Origin: Candidatus Enterousia sp. | GTDB lineage: Bacteria > Pseudomonadota > Alphaproteobacteria > Rs-D84 | Length of the DNA stretch: 64,000 bases | NCBI GenBank assembly: GCA_045635825.1 | Contig: JAZTWM010000007.1 | Location: 11,635 to 75,634 of the forward strand | Reading direction: 5' to 3' | In this document: piece by piece, positions 40,649 through 49,878 of the stretch | How positions within the stretch are numbered: position 1 is the stretch's first letter | Layout: each line of letters begins with the position of its first letter | The notes under the pieces: model-generated | Database searches by the model: none | Told to the model about the DNA's origin: nothing | What the model saw: the letters and a program-made list of their open reading frames with translations, nothing else | Made by a program: the position numbers and the translations under genes

Positions 40649-41087
40649 ATTTCTGTTTTTGCACTTGCTGAATTGCAAATCTTGTCGCAGACACAAATGG
40701 AAAATAGAAATCCTTGAACACACTAGGATCATTCTTATACTTAATTTGCTTCAGCATATCCAACAAGACTTTTTGTGCTTCCGTTCTTTCCCATTCATAT
40801 GGACTATTTAACTTGCCCATAGAGTTCAATACACGCTGATAAATCATAAAGGCCGAATTATCACTTGAATTTGGCATGAATGCACGCGCATCCTCAACCA
40901 ATTTATCAGCAACACGCATATTATAATCTGCATATTTACCAGGATTCTTGGCAACTGCACGCACAATATCTGCTGTATTCATAATACACATCACATCATG
41001 CTTGTCCTTGGCACGTTCCATTCTCTTGTTCAAGAACAACAAGATTTCCTGAAAAAACTTTTGCAATGTTGCGTCATAATCTATCAT
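40647..41087 (-). CDS. Hypothetical helical protein
   Basis: AAGGAG RBS; VAKNPGKY motif shared with neighbour. Confidence 0.75.
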   Translation of the reverse strand: MIDYDATLQKFFQEILLFLNKRMERAKDKHDVMCIMNTADIVRAVAKNPGKYADYNMRVADKLVEDARAFMPNSSDNSAFMIYQRVLNSMGKLNSPYEWERTEAQKVLLDMLKQIKYKNDPSVFKDFYFPFVSATRFAIQQVQKQK

Positions 41088-41099
41088 TTCTCACTCCTT

Positions 41100-41660
41100 T
41101 TATCTTTGAATCTGTTGACGAAAACCGTACACAACCTGTCTAAATGGTTTCAAGACCGGATGCGATTGCACAATCTTGGCCTGTGCAGCAAAGCGTTTTG
41201 CAGTCGCAACAATTGCATCCGCATCACGTGGTGCAATATAACGCAATGACGCATCTGGTGATGTACGATTGTATTCCCAGTTTTGAATTGCATCAAACAA
41301 ATGATATGCATCTTGACGCAAATCATAGGTCTTTAACGCATCTGCCATACCAGACATCGCCAAATCTTTTGGTGATTGCACAATATAAAATGCATCTGCA
41401 ACCCTTTCCAGCCCCTTGGCCTGTGCAAATCCATTGGCACGCTGCTTCCATGCCTGCTCTGTCTTGGCACGTGCAAAATACTTTGCAGGATCCTTGGCAA
41501 CACCATCGATAAACGCCAAACCACGCCCCGCTGCAAACTGCTCTTCACGTGACAATGAACGCCAATACTTCTTTACATCCGCACGTGCCAATACTTTCAA
41601 ACTGGCCAACGCTTCTTGAATTGCCTGTACAACTTCTTGTTCTTTATAATCTCTTGTCAT
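41100..41660 (-). CDS. Hypothetical helical protein
   Basis: AAGGAGG RBS; VAKDPAKY motif. Confidence 0.78.
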   Translation of the reverse strand: MTRDYKEQEVVQAIQEALASLKVLARADVKKYWRSLSREEQFAAGRGLAFIDGVAKDPAKYFARAKTEQAWKQRANGFAQAKGLERVADAFYIVQSPKDLAMSGMADALKTYDLRQDAYHLFDAIQNWEYNRTSPDASLRYIAPRDADAIVATAKRFAAQAKIVQSHPVLKPFRQVVYGFRQQIQR

Positions 41661-41813
41661 GTTTAACCTCCTTTGGTTCCATAATACCTAACTCACACTT
41701 ATAAATATAGACAAAACAAACGAAATGTCAATGCTAATGCATAAAAAAGTTGAAAAGTCCTATTTTTAAGTATACCCTATATCCGATTAAACTAAACCAA
41801 AACGGGGCAAGAC

Positions 41814-43646
41814 ATGAAAATTCGCAATATTGCAATTATTGCACACGTTGACCACGGTAAAACAACCTTGGTTGACAATATGCTAAAACAGGCCGGAACA
41901 TTCCGCGAAAACGAACGTATTGATGAACGTGTTATGGACAGCGGTGATATCGAACGTGAACGCGGTATTACCATTTCCGCCAAACCAACATCCATTCAAT
42001 GGGGCGAATACAAAATCAATATTGTTGATACACCTGGACACGCTGACTTTGGTGGCGAAGTTGAACGAATTCTATCTATGGTTGATGGTGTTGTACTGCT
42101 GGTTGATAGTTCCGAAGGTCCCCTGCCACAAACCAAGTTTGTATTGTCCAAGGCACTAAAACTGGGGCTGCGACCAATCGTTTGTATAAATAAAATTGAC
42201 CGCAGTGATGCACGCCCTGACGAAGTTTTAACTGAAACATTCGACCTGTTTGACAAGTTGGGTGCAACAGATTCCCAGTTGGATTTCCCATACTTATATT
42301 CCGTTGGTCGTGACGGTTGGGCAATACGCAACCTTGATGACGAAAGAAAAGATTTAACACCTTTATTTCAATTGATTGTCGATCATGTCCCTGCCCCTGA
42401 TTGCAATGGTACACGCTGTCAACTGGATGCCCCATTTACAATGTTGGCCACAACATTAGAGGCCGATCCCTACGTTGGCCGAATCCTGACTGGTAAAATT
42501 GAATCTGGTACAGTTCGTGTTGGCCAATCGGTCAAGGCAATAAATCGCAACGGCGAGTTTATTGAAAACGCAAAAATTACAAAAATCATCGAACATCGTG
42601 GCGTTGAAAAGGTCTCACGCGAAACCGCATCTGCCGGCGACATTGTTGTTGTGGCTGGCTTTTCCAAGGCAACTGTGGCCGACACATTGTGTGACCCATC
42701 TGTCACAGAACCAATCCCCGCGATGCCAATTGACCCACCAACCCTGACCATGACATTCTTTGTTAACACATCACCATTGGCCGGTAAAAGTGGCAAAAAA
42801 TTAACATCCCGCATGATCGGCGAAAGACTATTCAAAGAAGCAGAAACAAACATCGCACTGCGTGTTGAACAAAGCGAAAATAACGAAGCGTTTGAAGTAT
42901 CTGGTCGTGGCGAATTACAATTGGGCATTTTGATTGAGACAATGCGTCGTGAAGGATTCGAATTATCAGTTTCACGCCCACGTGTTGTTATGCAGACAAA
43001 TGAAAATGGTGAAAAACTGGAACCAATCGAAGATGTTGTTATTGACGTAGATGACGAGTTTTCTGGTGTTGTTATTGAAAAAATGACCAAACGCAAAGCA
43101 ACAATTACAGAAATGAAAGCATCTGGTGCCGGCAAAACACGTATCGTATTTTCTGCACCATCACGTGGATTAATCGGTTACCTGTCAGAGTTTCGCACAG
43201 ACACACGTGGCACAGGTATCATGAACCGTGTATTTGATAAATACGACCAATATCGTGGTGCTATCCAACAATATCGCCCAGGGGTTTTAGTATCTATGGA
43301 AAAAGGTTCTGCTGCAACATACGCACTGTTTAACCTGCAACCACGTGGCACATTGTTCATCGATCCACAAACCGAAGTTTATTCAGGCATGATTATCGGT
43401 GAACACAGCAAGGAAAACGATTTAGAGGTAAACCCAATCAAAGGCAAGGAATTAACAAACATGCGTTCTGTTACCGCAGACGAAAAATTATTCTTAGCCC
43501 CACCACGTCGTATTTCCCTAGAAGAAGCACTGTCCTATATTATGGATGACGAATTGGTCGAAGTCACACCTGACACAATCCGTCTGCGAAAAAAAGAACT
43601 GGACAGCAATACACGTAAAAAATTAAAAAAACACGCAGAAGAATAA
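41814..43646 (+). CDS. typA: Translational GTPase TypA/BipA
   Basis: RNIAIIAHVDHGKTT, ERERGITI, DTPGHADFG, GRGELQL, VEVTP. Confidence 0.97.
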   Translation: MKIRNIAIIAHVDHGKTTLVDNMLKQAGTFRENERIDERVMDSGDIERERGITISAKPTSIQWGEYKINIVDTPGHADFGGEVERILSMVDGVVLLVDSSEGPLPQTKFVLSKALKLGLRPIVCINKIDRSDARPDEVLTETFDLFDKLGATDSQLDFPYLYSVGRDGWAIRNLDDERKDLTPLFQLIVDHVPAPDCNGTRCQLDAPFTMLATTLEADPYVGRILTGKIESGTVRVGQSVKAINRNGEFIENAKITKIIEHRGVEKVSRETASAGDIVVVAGFSKATVADTLCDPSVTEPIPAMPIDPPTLTMTFFVNTSPLAGKSGKKLTSRMIGERLFKEAETNIALRVEQSENNEAFEVSGRGELQLGILIETMRREGFELSVSRPRVVMQTNENGEKLEPIEDVVIDVDDEFSGVVIEKMTKRKATITEMKASGAGKTRIVFSAPSRGLIGYLSEFRTDTRGTGIMNRVFDKYDQYRGAIQQYRPGVLVSMEKGSAATYALFNLQPRGTLFIDPQTEVYSGMIIGEHSKENDLEVNPIKGKELTNMRSVTADEKLFLAPPRRISLEEALSYIMDDELVEVTPDTIRLRKKELDSNTRKKLKKHAEE

Positions 43647-43650
43647 AACC

Positions 43651-43682
43651 GACACGCCACTATTTTGTGGCGTGTTATTTTT
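43651..43682 (+). terminator. Intrinsic terminator after typA
   Basis: GACACGCCAC-TATTTT-GTGGCGTGTT followed by ATTTTT. Confidence 0.75.
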
Positions 43683-43697
43683 GATACAACACAATGG

Positions 43698-43726
43698 TTG
43701 CAAAACACCAACAAAACATGTACATT
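43698..43726 (+). promoter_or_regulatory. Sigma70 promoter, probably leaderless
   Basis: TTGCAA-N17-TACATT-N7-ATG(43734). Confidence 0.55.
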
Positions 43727-43733
43727 ATATAAC

Positions 43734-44582
43734 ATGAAACCAAAAAGATTATTTTTATTTGCAGGCTATAATGCCAAAGGTGTTATAGATGACGCATTGG
43801 TACATTATATTGAATCACTATCAAAACATGGCGACATCGTACTGGTTATGGATTCCAACTGCCCAAAGGTTGAATTAAAAAAAATCCAAAAACACTGCGT
43901 ATACACAAACGCAACCCGACATGGCGAATACGATTTTGGTTCATACAAACGTGCATATATTTGGGCAACAGAAAACTTAAAATTGGCCGACTATGATTTT
44001 GTATATATGGTCAACGATTCTGTCTATGGACCATTCTTTGATTTGGGGCCTTATTTAACAGAACTGGAATCATACAACGTTGACGCATTTGGCCTGGTTC
44101 AAAAACCACACGAACACAAAGCCCACATTCAATCATGGTTTATCGGCATGCACCCATCTGTATTTTTGACACCATGGTATGATGATTTTATGCGTACAAT
44201 CACAAAATTAAAGGACAAAGGCGCAATTACCAGATTGTATGAAATCGGTTTTTCTAAAATGATATCCGCACACAATCTCAAATGGAAATGCATGTATTCT
44301 GTTCACAATCGTGGCGTATATAACAAGGTCAAACACCTTTACAAGGCACGCATGCCATTTATGAAAAAGGTCGCTTTTGACCGACATTTTGGTGCATTGG
44401 GACGACAAATATTATATGTATTGAATGAATTATCGCCCGACCTGCATACCAAGATTTTAACGTCCGCATACGATCAATATGGTGAAAAGCATGTAAAACA
44501 TGTACTAACAAAAAATCCAATCCGGATACTATCCAGACATGTTCGCTATGCACTTTATAAGTTCTTTATCAAGGGGATCTAG
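43734..44582 (+). CDS. Rhamnan synthesis F (RgpF)-like protein
   Basis: LFLFAGY, YDFGSYK, NDSVYGP, HIQSWF, YEIGFS, MPFMKK. Confidence 0.8.
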   Translation: MKPKRLFLFAGYNAKGVIDDALVHYIESLSKHGDIVLVMDSNCPKVELKKIQKHCVYTNATRHGEYDFGSYKRAYIWATENLKLADYDFVYMVNDSVYGPFFDLGPYLTELESYNVDAFGLVQKPHEHKAHIQSWFIGMHPSVFLTPWYDDFMRTITKLKDKGAITRLYEIGFSKMISAHNLKWKCMYSVHNRGVYNKVKHLYKARMPFMKKVAFDRHFGALGRQILYVLNELSPDLHTKILTSAYDQYGEKHVKHVLTKNPIRILSRHVRYALYKFFIKGI

Positions 44583-44584
44583 TC

Positions 44585-45415
44585 ATGAAAAAACGTATCG
44601 CAGTAATAACAATGGCACGCAACGATGAATTCTTTCTATCACGTTGGATACAATACTATGGCAATCAAGTTGGCACAGAAAACCTGTATATATATCTAGA
44701 TGGCACCGACCAAGAAACCCCTGAAAACGCAGGCGAAGCACACATAACCAAATTACCACATACCGATATGTCACGCAGTGCCGGCGACAAATATCGCATT
44801 GGATTAATGTCTGATTTGGCAAAAAAATTATTTGATGAATACGATATTGTAATTGGTTGTGACTGTGACGAATTTTTAATAGTTGACCCTGCCCTGAACA
44901 CAAATCTGGCAAATTATTTATCACAATTAAAAATCAAGACCACCGTTTCTGGCCTTGGATTGGATGTCGGTCAACACCTAAAAATTGAAAAGACTCTGGA
45001 TACATCCAAACCATTTTTAACCCAACGTCAATACGCATTACTATCCACACGTTATACTAAACCAGTTGTATTAAACCGCCCCGCCCCATGGGGCAGCGGC
45101 TTTCACAGTGTAAACGGTCACAATTTCCACATTGATCCAAATCTGTACCTACTACACTTTGGTGCGGTTGATATGGACATGTTGGTTGCCAAGGCCGCAA
45201 ATCGTGGCCCAGATTGGGTAAATCATCTGCGTCGTCGTGGAAATGGAACAATTAACGATGTCACCAAACGCAAAGCGCATGGCGAAAGATGGCTAAAAAT
45301 TGCACGCATTATGCAACGCATTTTCCGCCCAATATATGCATGGGACAAACCTGGTATGTTGGGAATAAAGCGTATTGTTAAAATCCCAACACGATTTGCA
45401 AAATCCGGTATTTAA
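44585..45415 (+). CDS. Glycosyltransferase, GT2-like
   Basis: TMARNDEFFLSRW, YLDGTD, CDCDEFL, GFH. Confidence 0.8.
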   Translation: MKKRIAVITMARNDEFFLSRWIQYYGNQVGTENLYIYLDGTDQETPENAGEAHITKLPHTDMSRSAGDKYRIGLMSDLAKKLFDEYDIVIGCDCDEFLIVDPALNTNLANYLSQLKIKTTVSGLGLDVGQHLKIEKTLDTSKPFLTQRQYALLSTRYTKPVVLNRPAPWGSGFHSVNGHNFHIDPNLYLLHFGAVDMDMLVAKAANRGPDWVNHLRRRGNGTINDVTKRKAHGERWLKIARIMQRIFRPIYAWDKPGMLGIKRIVKIPTRFAKSGI

Positions 45416-45418
45416 AAT

Positions 45419-46429
45419 ATGAAAGACATGAAAATAGATTTAGTATATCTTTGGGTTGACGGTGGCGACAAAGCATGGCGCGCCCAAAAAGATAAATGGC
45501 TGGAAATTATCAAAGGGGAAAAACCCGTTTATAACGATGCCGCGATTGAGGCACGCTGGCGTGACAATGGCGAATTATTATATTCCCTGCGCAGTGTTGA
45601 TATGTTTGCCCCATGGGTCAACCATATTTATATCATCACAGGGTTTGGGCAAATCCCCAAATGGTTAAACACAGACCATCCAAAGATTACAATTGTTCCA
45701 CATGAACAAATCATACCGCATGATGCCCTGCCAACCTTTAACGCCACAGCAATTGAAATGTGTATTCCAAATATCCCTGGATTATCGGAACACTTTCTGT
45801 TAATGAATGACGATTTATTTTTCAATCGCCCATTAAAACCCAGTTTCTTTTATGACCGATATGGACGTGCAAAAATATTATACAGCAACCATTCAAAACG
45901 TTGCAAAAATATTGCCACATGGAAGTCACGTGTCGATGAATACAATCAAACATTAATATTATCTGCAGAGTTTATTGAACAGATTTATGACAAACATGTT
46001 TATAAATACCGCCCATCACATGGAATTGACCCATATCTAAAATCAACATGGATTGAATGTCGCAATCACCCTGTAATTGCCAAGCAAATAGATGAACAAA
46101 TAAGAAATAAGTTTCGCACAAATAACGAAGTCCAAAGATGGATATTTAATCTGTACGATTTAATCACTGGTAACGCAAAGTTCATCCATTCACGTGCCAG
46201 AAAACATTCACGCCACAAGATTATTAACGCAATCTATAACATCATATTTATGCCATGGATTCGCAAATCACCTGTCGTATGCTCTAACACCCATGCTGCA
46301 CGCAAAGCTTTACTGGGGGCACCAATATTTTGCATAAACGATTCAGGTAACAACGATAAAACAATATTGGAACAGAACGCAAAGTTTATGGCTGACAGAT
46401 TTCCAAACAAATCTCAATTTGAAAAATAA
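45419..46429 (+). CDS. Stealth family hexose-1-phosphate transferase
   Basis: DLVYLWVDG (CR1), ELLYSLRSV...APWV, LPTFN, MNDD (CR2), FCIND...FPNKSQFE (CR4). Confidence 0.93.
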   Translation: MKDMKIDLVYLWVDGGDKAWRAQKDKWLEIIKGEKPVYNDAAIEARWRDNGELLYSLRSVDMFAPWVNHIYIITGFGQIPKWLNTDHPKITIVPHEQIIPHDALPTFNATAIEMCIPNIPGLSEHFLLMNDDLFFNRPLKPSFFYDRYGRAKILYSNHSKRCKNIATWKSRVDEYNQTLILSAEFIEQIYDKHVYKYRPSHGIDPYLKSTWIECRNHPVIAKQIDEQIRNKFRTNNEVQRWIFNLYDLITGNAKFIHSRARKHSRHKIINAIYNIIFMPWIRKSPVVCSNTHAARKALLGAPIFCINDSGNNDKTILEQNAKFMADRFPNKSQFEK

Positions 46430-46449
46430 ACCCCAAGGAAACATACATA

Positions 46450-46812
46450 ATGATTACTATTACAAACACAGTAAAATCAATCATTCGTGAAATAATGCCC
46501 CAAAATATCGAATGCGCATTACATCCATCACATAAATTAAGCGACCTTGACATGCACGACGTTGACAAGGTAACCCTTGCCATGGAACTGGAACGTGCAT
46601 TTAGAATAAACATCCCAGACAATACCGCAAAAAGTTGGATAACCATACAACACGTCATACAACATGTACGACGTGAAAAACTGCGTCAGGCATCATACAG
46701 CCCCAAAGAATCCGAACGCCGCAGAAAACAAAACCCAAAGCCCAAAACACAAAAACCCAGAAGCATTATCAATATATTTGAATCATTTATATCACGAAAC
46801 TGCAAATCATAA
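46450..46812 (+). CDS. Acyl-carrier-protein-like protein lacking the Ppant Ser, with basic C-terminal tail
   Basis: DLDMHDVDKVTLAMELERAFRINIPD...ITIQHVI aligns by eye to ACP; AAGGA RBS. Confidence 0.7.
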   Translation: MITITNTVKSIIREIMPQNIECALHPSHKLSDLDMHDVDKVTLAMELERAFRINIPDNTAKSWITIQHVIQHVRREKLRQASYSPKESERRRKQNPKPKTQKPRSIINIFESFISRNCKS

Positions 46813-46841
46813 AACCGGCATTGCCGGTCTTTTTTCACAAC

Positions 46842-46868
46842 AAAAATCCCCGCTTTGCGGGGACTTTT
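46842..46868. terminator. Bidirectional intrinsic terminator
   Basis: AAAAATCCCCGC-TTT-GCGGGGACTTTT. Confidence 0.8.
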
Positions 46869-46869
46869 A

Positions 46870-49035
46870 TTATTCTGCTGCAACATCTTTTTTCCAATCT
46901 CTAATGTTCCATGTATCACCTGTCACACTACCATCCAATGGGATCCCCATCGCATTACGCAAACAATATTCACGAACCTTGGCAGAACTTTCCTTCTTAT
47001 CTGCCCCCCATGCTGGCGTATAATCCTTCATGTCACCAACAAAAGCACCATTCAAGATTTCATTCAATGTTACGACATTACGACATGTGTTCGTTGTATA
47101 ATCCTGTGTATTCGCACAATCTTCCTTATCTTCTTTATCAATAATTGCACTAAACTGGGCCCCTGATGGCATACAAATCATGTCTTCATAACAATGCGGT
47201 ATGTTGGCAATCTGCGCACAATATGTCTTGATACGTGACGTTGTCCAATTTCTTTCACTGGCCTCGGTCTCTACATAACATTCATATATCTCGCTTAAAC
47301 ATTCATTAAAGTTTGACATCGCAGTCTGTGCAGAAGACAGTATTGTTTCTTCTTCTTCACGTGCAAACTCTAAACGTTTTTGTTGCAATGCCTGCTGGGC
47401 TGCGACCTTTTGATATCCAATATTCTGTGCTGTTGCACGCAACTGTTCACCATACGCATCACAATCCGCATTTGCATCCAATGCATACTTTTGCATAATG
47501 CTGCGTCTGGCATCTGCAACCGGTGCACGCAGGTTCACATAAGGATCACCAGATGCTGTTGCATAACCAAAACATGTTGCGGAATTGGATGTTGTATAAC
47601 CACTGCTAGGCTGCACAAAGTTCAACTCATACGCACCAGAATTATTTACTGTAATCTTACTGTTATAGTTATATGGACATTGTGATGCACCATTACCACA
47701 TTTTGTACCTGATGGTGGGGTTCCACATGCCTCATAAATACCATTAAAGCAAGAATCTAATACACGTGCACAAACATTGTTATGTGCATATTCAAACAAT
47801 TCATACCCCCATGTTTCTGCCAAGGAGTCCTTTAAATCATCAGAAGAATCTAATGCACCACCAAATCCACCCAGATCACTGACCACACCTGACAAGTTTG
47901 CAAACGCACCCAACAAACCATCTTCATCCTTGTCCAAAATTGTTATGGTTTGTTCCTTGGCATCCGCCCATGACTTTAGTGACGCCAAAATATCACTGCC
48001 ATTACCATCCAAATTATCTACGTTAAACCCAAAATCATTTCCACTGGCCGAACAATACGATGGCTGTGAACATGTTGTCAGGCTTGCACCATTTGTGCCA
48101 TAGAATCCATGGTTATTACACCATTCAATAGCCTCTTCCGAACTGGTTCCATATTGACTGGTAACATCCTTCCATGAGACACAATTCATAACCTGTTCTG
48201 CTTCTGTCAACTGGAACGCTTGTGACACGTCCTTACCCTTGTTGGCAATCAACAACGCCAATTCACCTGACACCTTAATCAATTCTTCATTTGCTGTCTC
48301 TAACGCTGTTTCCGCCTCTGCAAATGCACGAACACGCCCCGCACACGCACATCTACGTTGTGCTGCATTTCTTGCAGTACAGATTTCATCCATACAGGTA
48401 TAGTATGATTCCAAACAGTTGTTAAATGCATCTGTAGAAATCAAACCTGTCGTAGAATCAATAATATTTGAATAATTACCTGTATACAACTTACTGGTCA
48501 AATAAGAATATTTAGTGGAATTATTTGTTTTCGACCCACGAATTGCACTGCCCTGCAAAGACACACGTGCATTATTAACCGCATCCGTTGTTGCCGTACG
48601 TGCACGAACCGCACGATTTTTCGCATTATTTGCACGTGCTGTCACCGCATTTGCACGTGACACAACATTACGTGTTGGGGTTGCACTTGTCGAGTTCACA
48701 CGTCTAGCATTTGCACGTGCTGCAACTGCACGCGACTGAACTGTGCTGCGTGACTTCTGTGCATCTTTCACATTTGACTGAACAGTACCACGTGCAACGG
48801 TTGCTCGTGATGATGCATTTGCCCGATTACGTGGACTGGCACGACCAGATCGTGGATTTGCCCCTGTACGTCCGTTCACGTTTTCCGTACCAAAGACCGC
48901 ATCAATCGGCGCCACAGGATCCGCCATCACAGAACGAATAGACAACAAAGTCGAACAAACAAAAAACGCACCAGCCAACAAAAAGACTGTGCCTATGGCA
49001 TTCTTAATGGAATTTGCGATTTTTCTACTTCTCAT
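46870..49035 (-). CDS. Secreted/anchored Cys-rich protein with Arg/Ala-rich N-terminal region
   Basis: AAGGAG RBS, hydrophobic N-terminus, RA-rich repeats, CxxxYxxCMDxxC...RCAC. Confidence 0.8.
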   Translation of the reverse strand: MRSRKIANSIKNAIGTVFLLAGAFFVCSTLLSIRSVMADPVAPIDAVFGTENVNGRTGANPRSGRASPRNRANASSRATVARGTVQSNVKDAQKSRSTVQSRAVAARANARRVNSTSATPTRNVVSRANAVTARANNAKNRAVRARTATTDAVNNARVSLQGSAIRGSKTNNSTKYSYLTSKLYTGNYSNIIDSTTGLISTDAFNNCLESYYTCMDEICTARNAAQRRCACAGRVRAFAEAETALETANEELIKVSGELALLIANKGKDVSQAFQLTEAEQVMNCVSWKDVTSQYGTSSEEAIEWCNNHGFYGTNGASLTTCSQPSYCSASGNDFGFNVDNLDGNGSDILASLKSWADAKEQTITILDKDEDGLLGAFANLSGVVSDLGGFGGALDSSDDLKDSLAETWGYELFEYAHNNVCARVLDSCFNGIYEACGTPPSGTKCGNGASQCPYNYNSKITVNNSGAYELNFVQPSSGYTTSNSATCFGYATASGDPYVNLRAPVADARRSIMQKYALDANADCDAYGEQLRATAQNIGYQKVAAQQALQQKRLEFAREEEETILSSAQTAMSNFNECLSEIYECYVETEASERNWTTSRIKTYCAQIANIPHCYEDMICMPSGAQFSAIIDKEDKEDCANTQDYTTNTCRNVVTLNEILNGAFVGDMKDYTPAWGADKKESSAKVREYCLRNAMGIPLDGSVTGDTWNIRDWKKDVAAE

Positions 49036-49179
49036 AAAAACTCTCCTTGTGCCCTGGAATCGCCCAGAAACCCAACCTTTCTATGAACATACACCATGCA
49101 TGTTGCATGTTCATTCCCCTTAATTATATCAATTTTTTACACGCCTGTAAACAGTTTAGTCGCAACAACCAATGTTTTT

Positions 49180-49860
49180 TCATATTTTTTTGCGTAACAA
49201 CAAACTCTTTACAACATCTGCCATTACCATACCGACAAAGGCCCCAAACAAGACATCCGATGGCCAATGTGCACCAATCGCAACACGTGACACCCCGATA
49301 ACAATCGCCAACGTCCATGTTAACGGCTTGTATTTTGGTGCCAACATACCAATCATAACCAATCCTGCAAAACTGATTGCAGTATGTCCCGATGGCATAG
49401 AATTAAACGCCCAATCCAATGATAGCGGATAAAATCCTGTCATATCTAATGCCTCAAAAAAGATTGGTCTTGCACGTCCAATACAGGTCTTTAATATCTT
49501 TACAACAATCCCCGCCCCCAACACACTGCAAAAAATCAAAAACGCATTATTGGTTCGAATATTGTCAAATAAATCACAGATAAAAACAAACGGATTCTTT
49601 TTTATGCTCAAAAATCTGCAATCTGTTTTTGCACACTTGTTCGCACAAAACACCAAAACCGCAATGCCCGACACAATAATCCAAACCTTGCCTGCAAAAA
49701 CAACATCTAATACCCCCCAGGCACCACAATTCAATTTACGCAACAACAAAAACAACGGCACATCAAAAACAAATATTCCTGCAAAAATCAACATCACAGT
49801 TATCAAAGCACCCCATAACACATGCCCCCATTTCATATGATTGTCTTCTGTCAAAAACAT
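49180..49860 (-). CDS. PAP2 family phosphatase
   Basis: KTCIGRARP, SMPSGH, SRVAIGAHWPSDV. Confidence 0.92.
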   Translation of the reverse strand: MFLTEDNHMKWGHVLWGALITVMLIFAGIFVFDVPLFLLLRKLNCGAWGVLDVVFAGKVWIIVSGIAVLVFCANKCAKTDCRFLSIKKNPFVFICDLFDNIRTNNAFLIFCSVLGAGIVVKILKTCIGRARPIFFEALDMTGFYPLSLDWAFNSMPSGHTAISFAGLVMIGMLAPKYKPLTWTLAIVIGVSRVAIGAHWPSDVLFGAFVGMVMADVVKSLLLRKKI

Positions 49861-49878
49861 AACATACCCCCATAACAA

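Noticed and set aside
48590-48800. Frequent GCACGT/GCACGTGC as an uptake or Chi-like signal
   Set aside because: Occurrences I checked mostly coincide with Ala-Arg(-Ala) in preferred GCA/CGT codons; a codon-shuffled null model would be needed to claim excess
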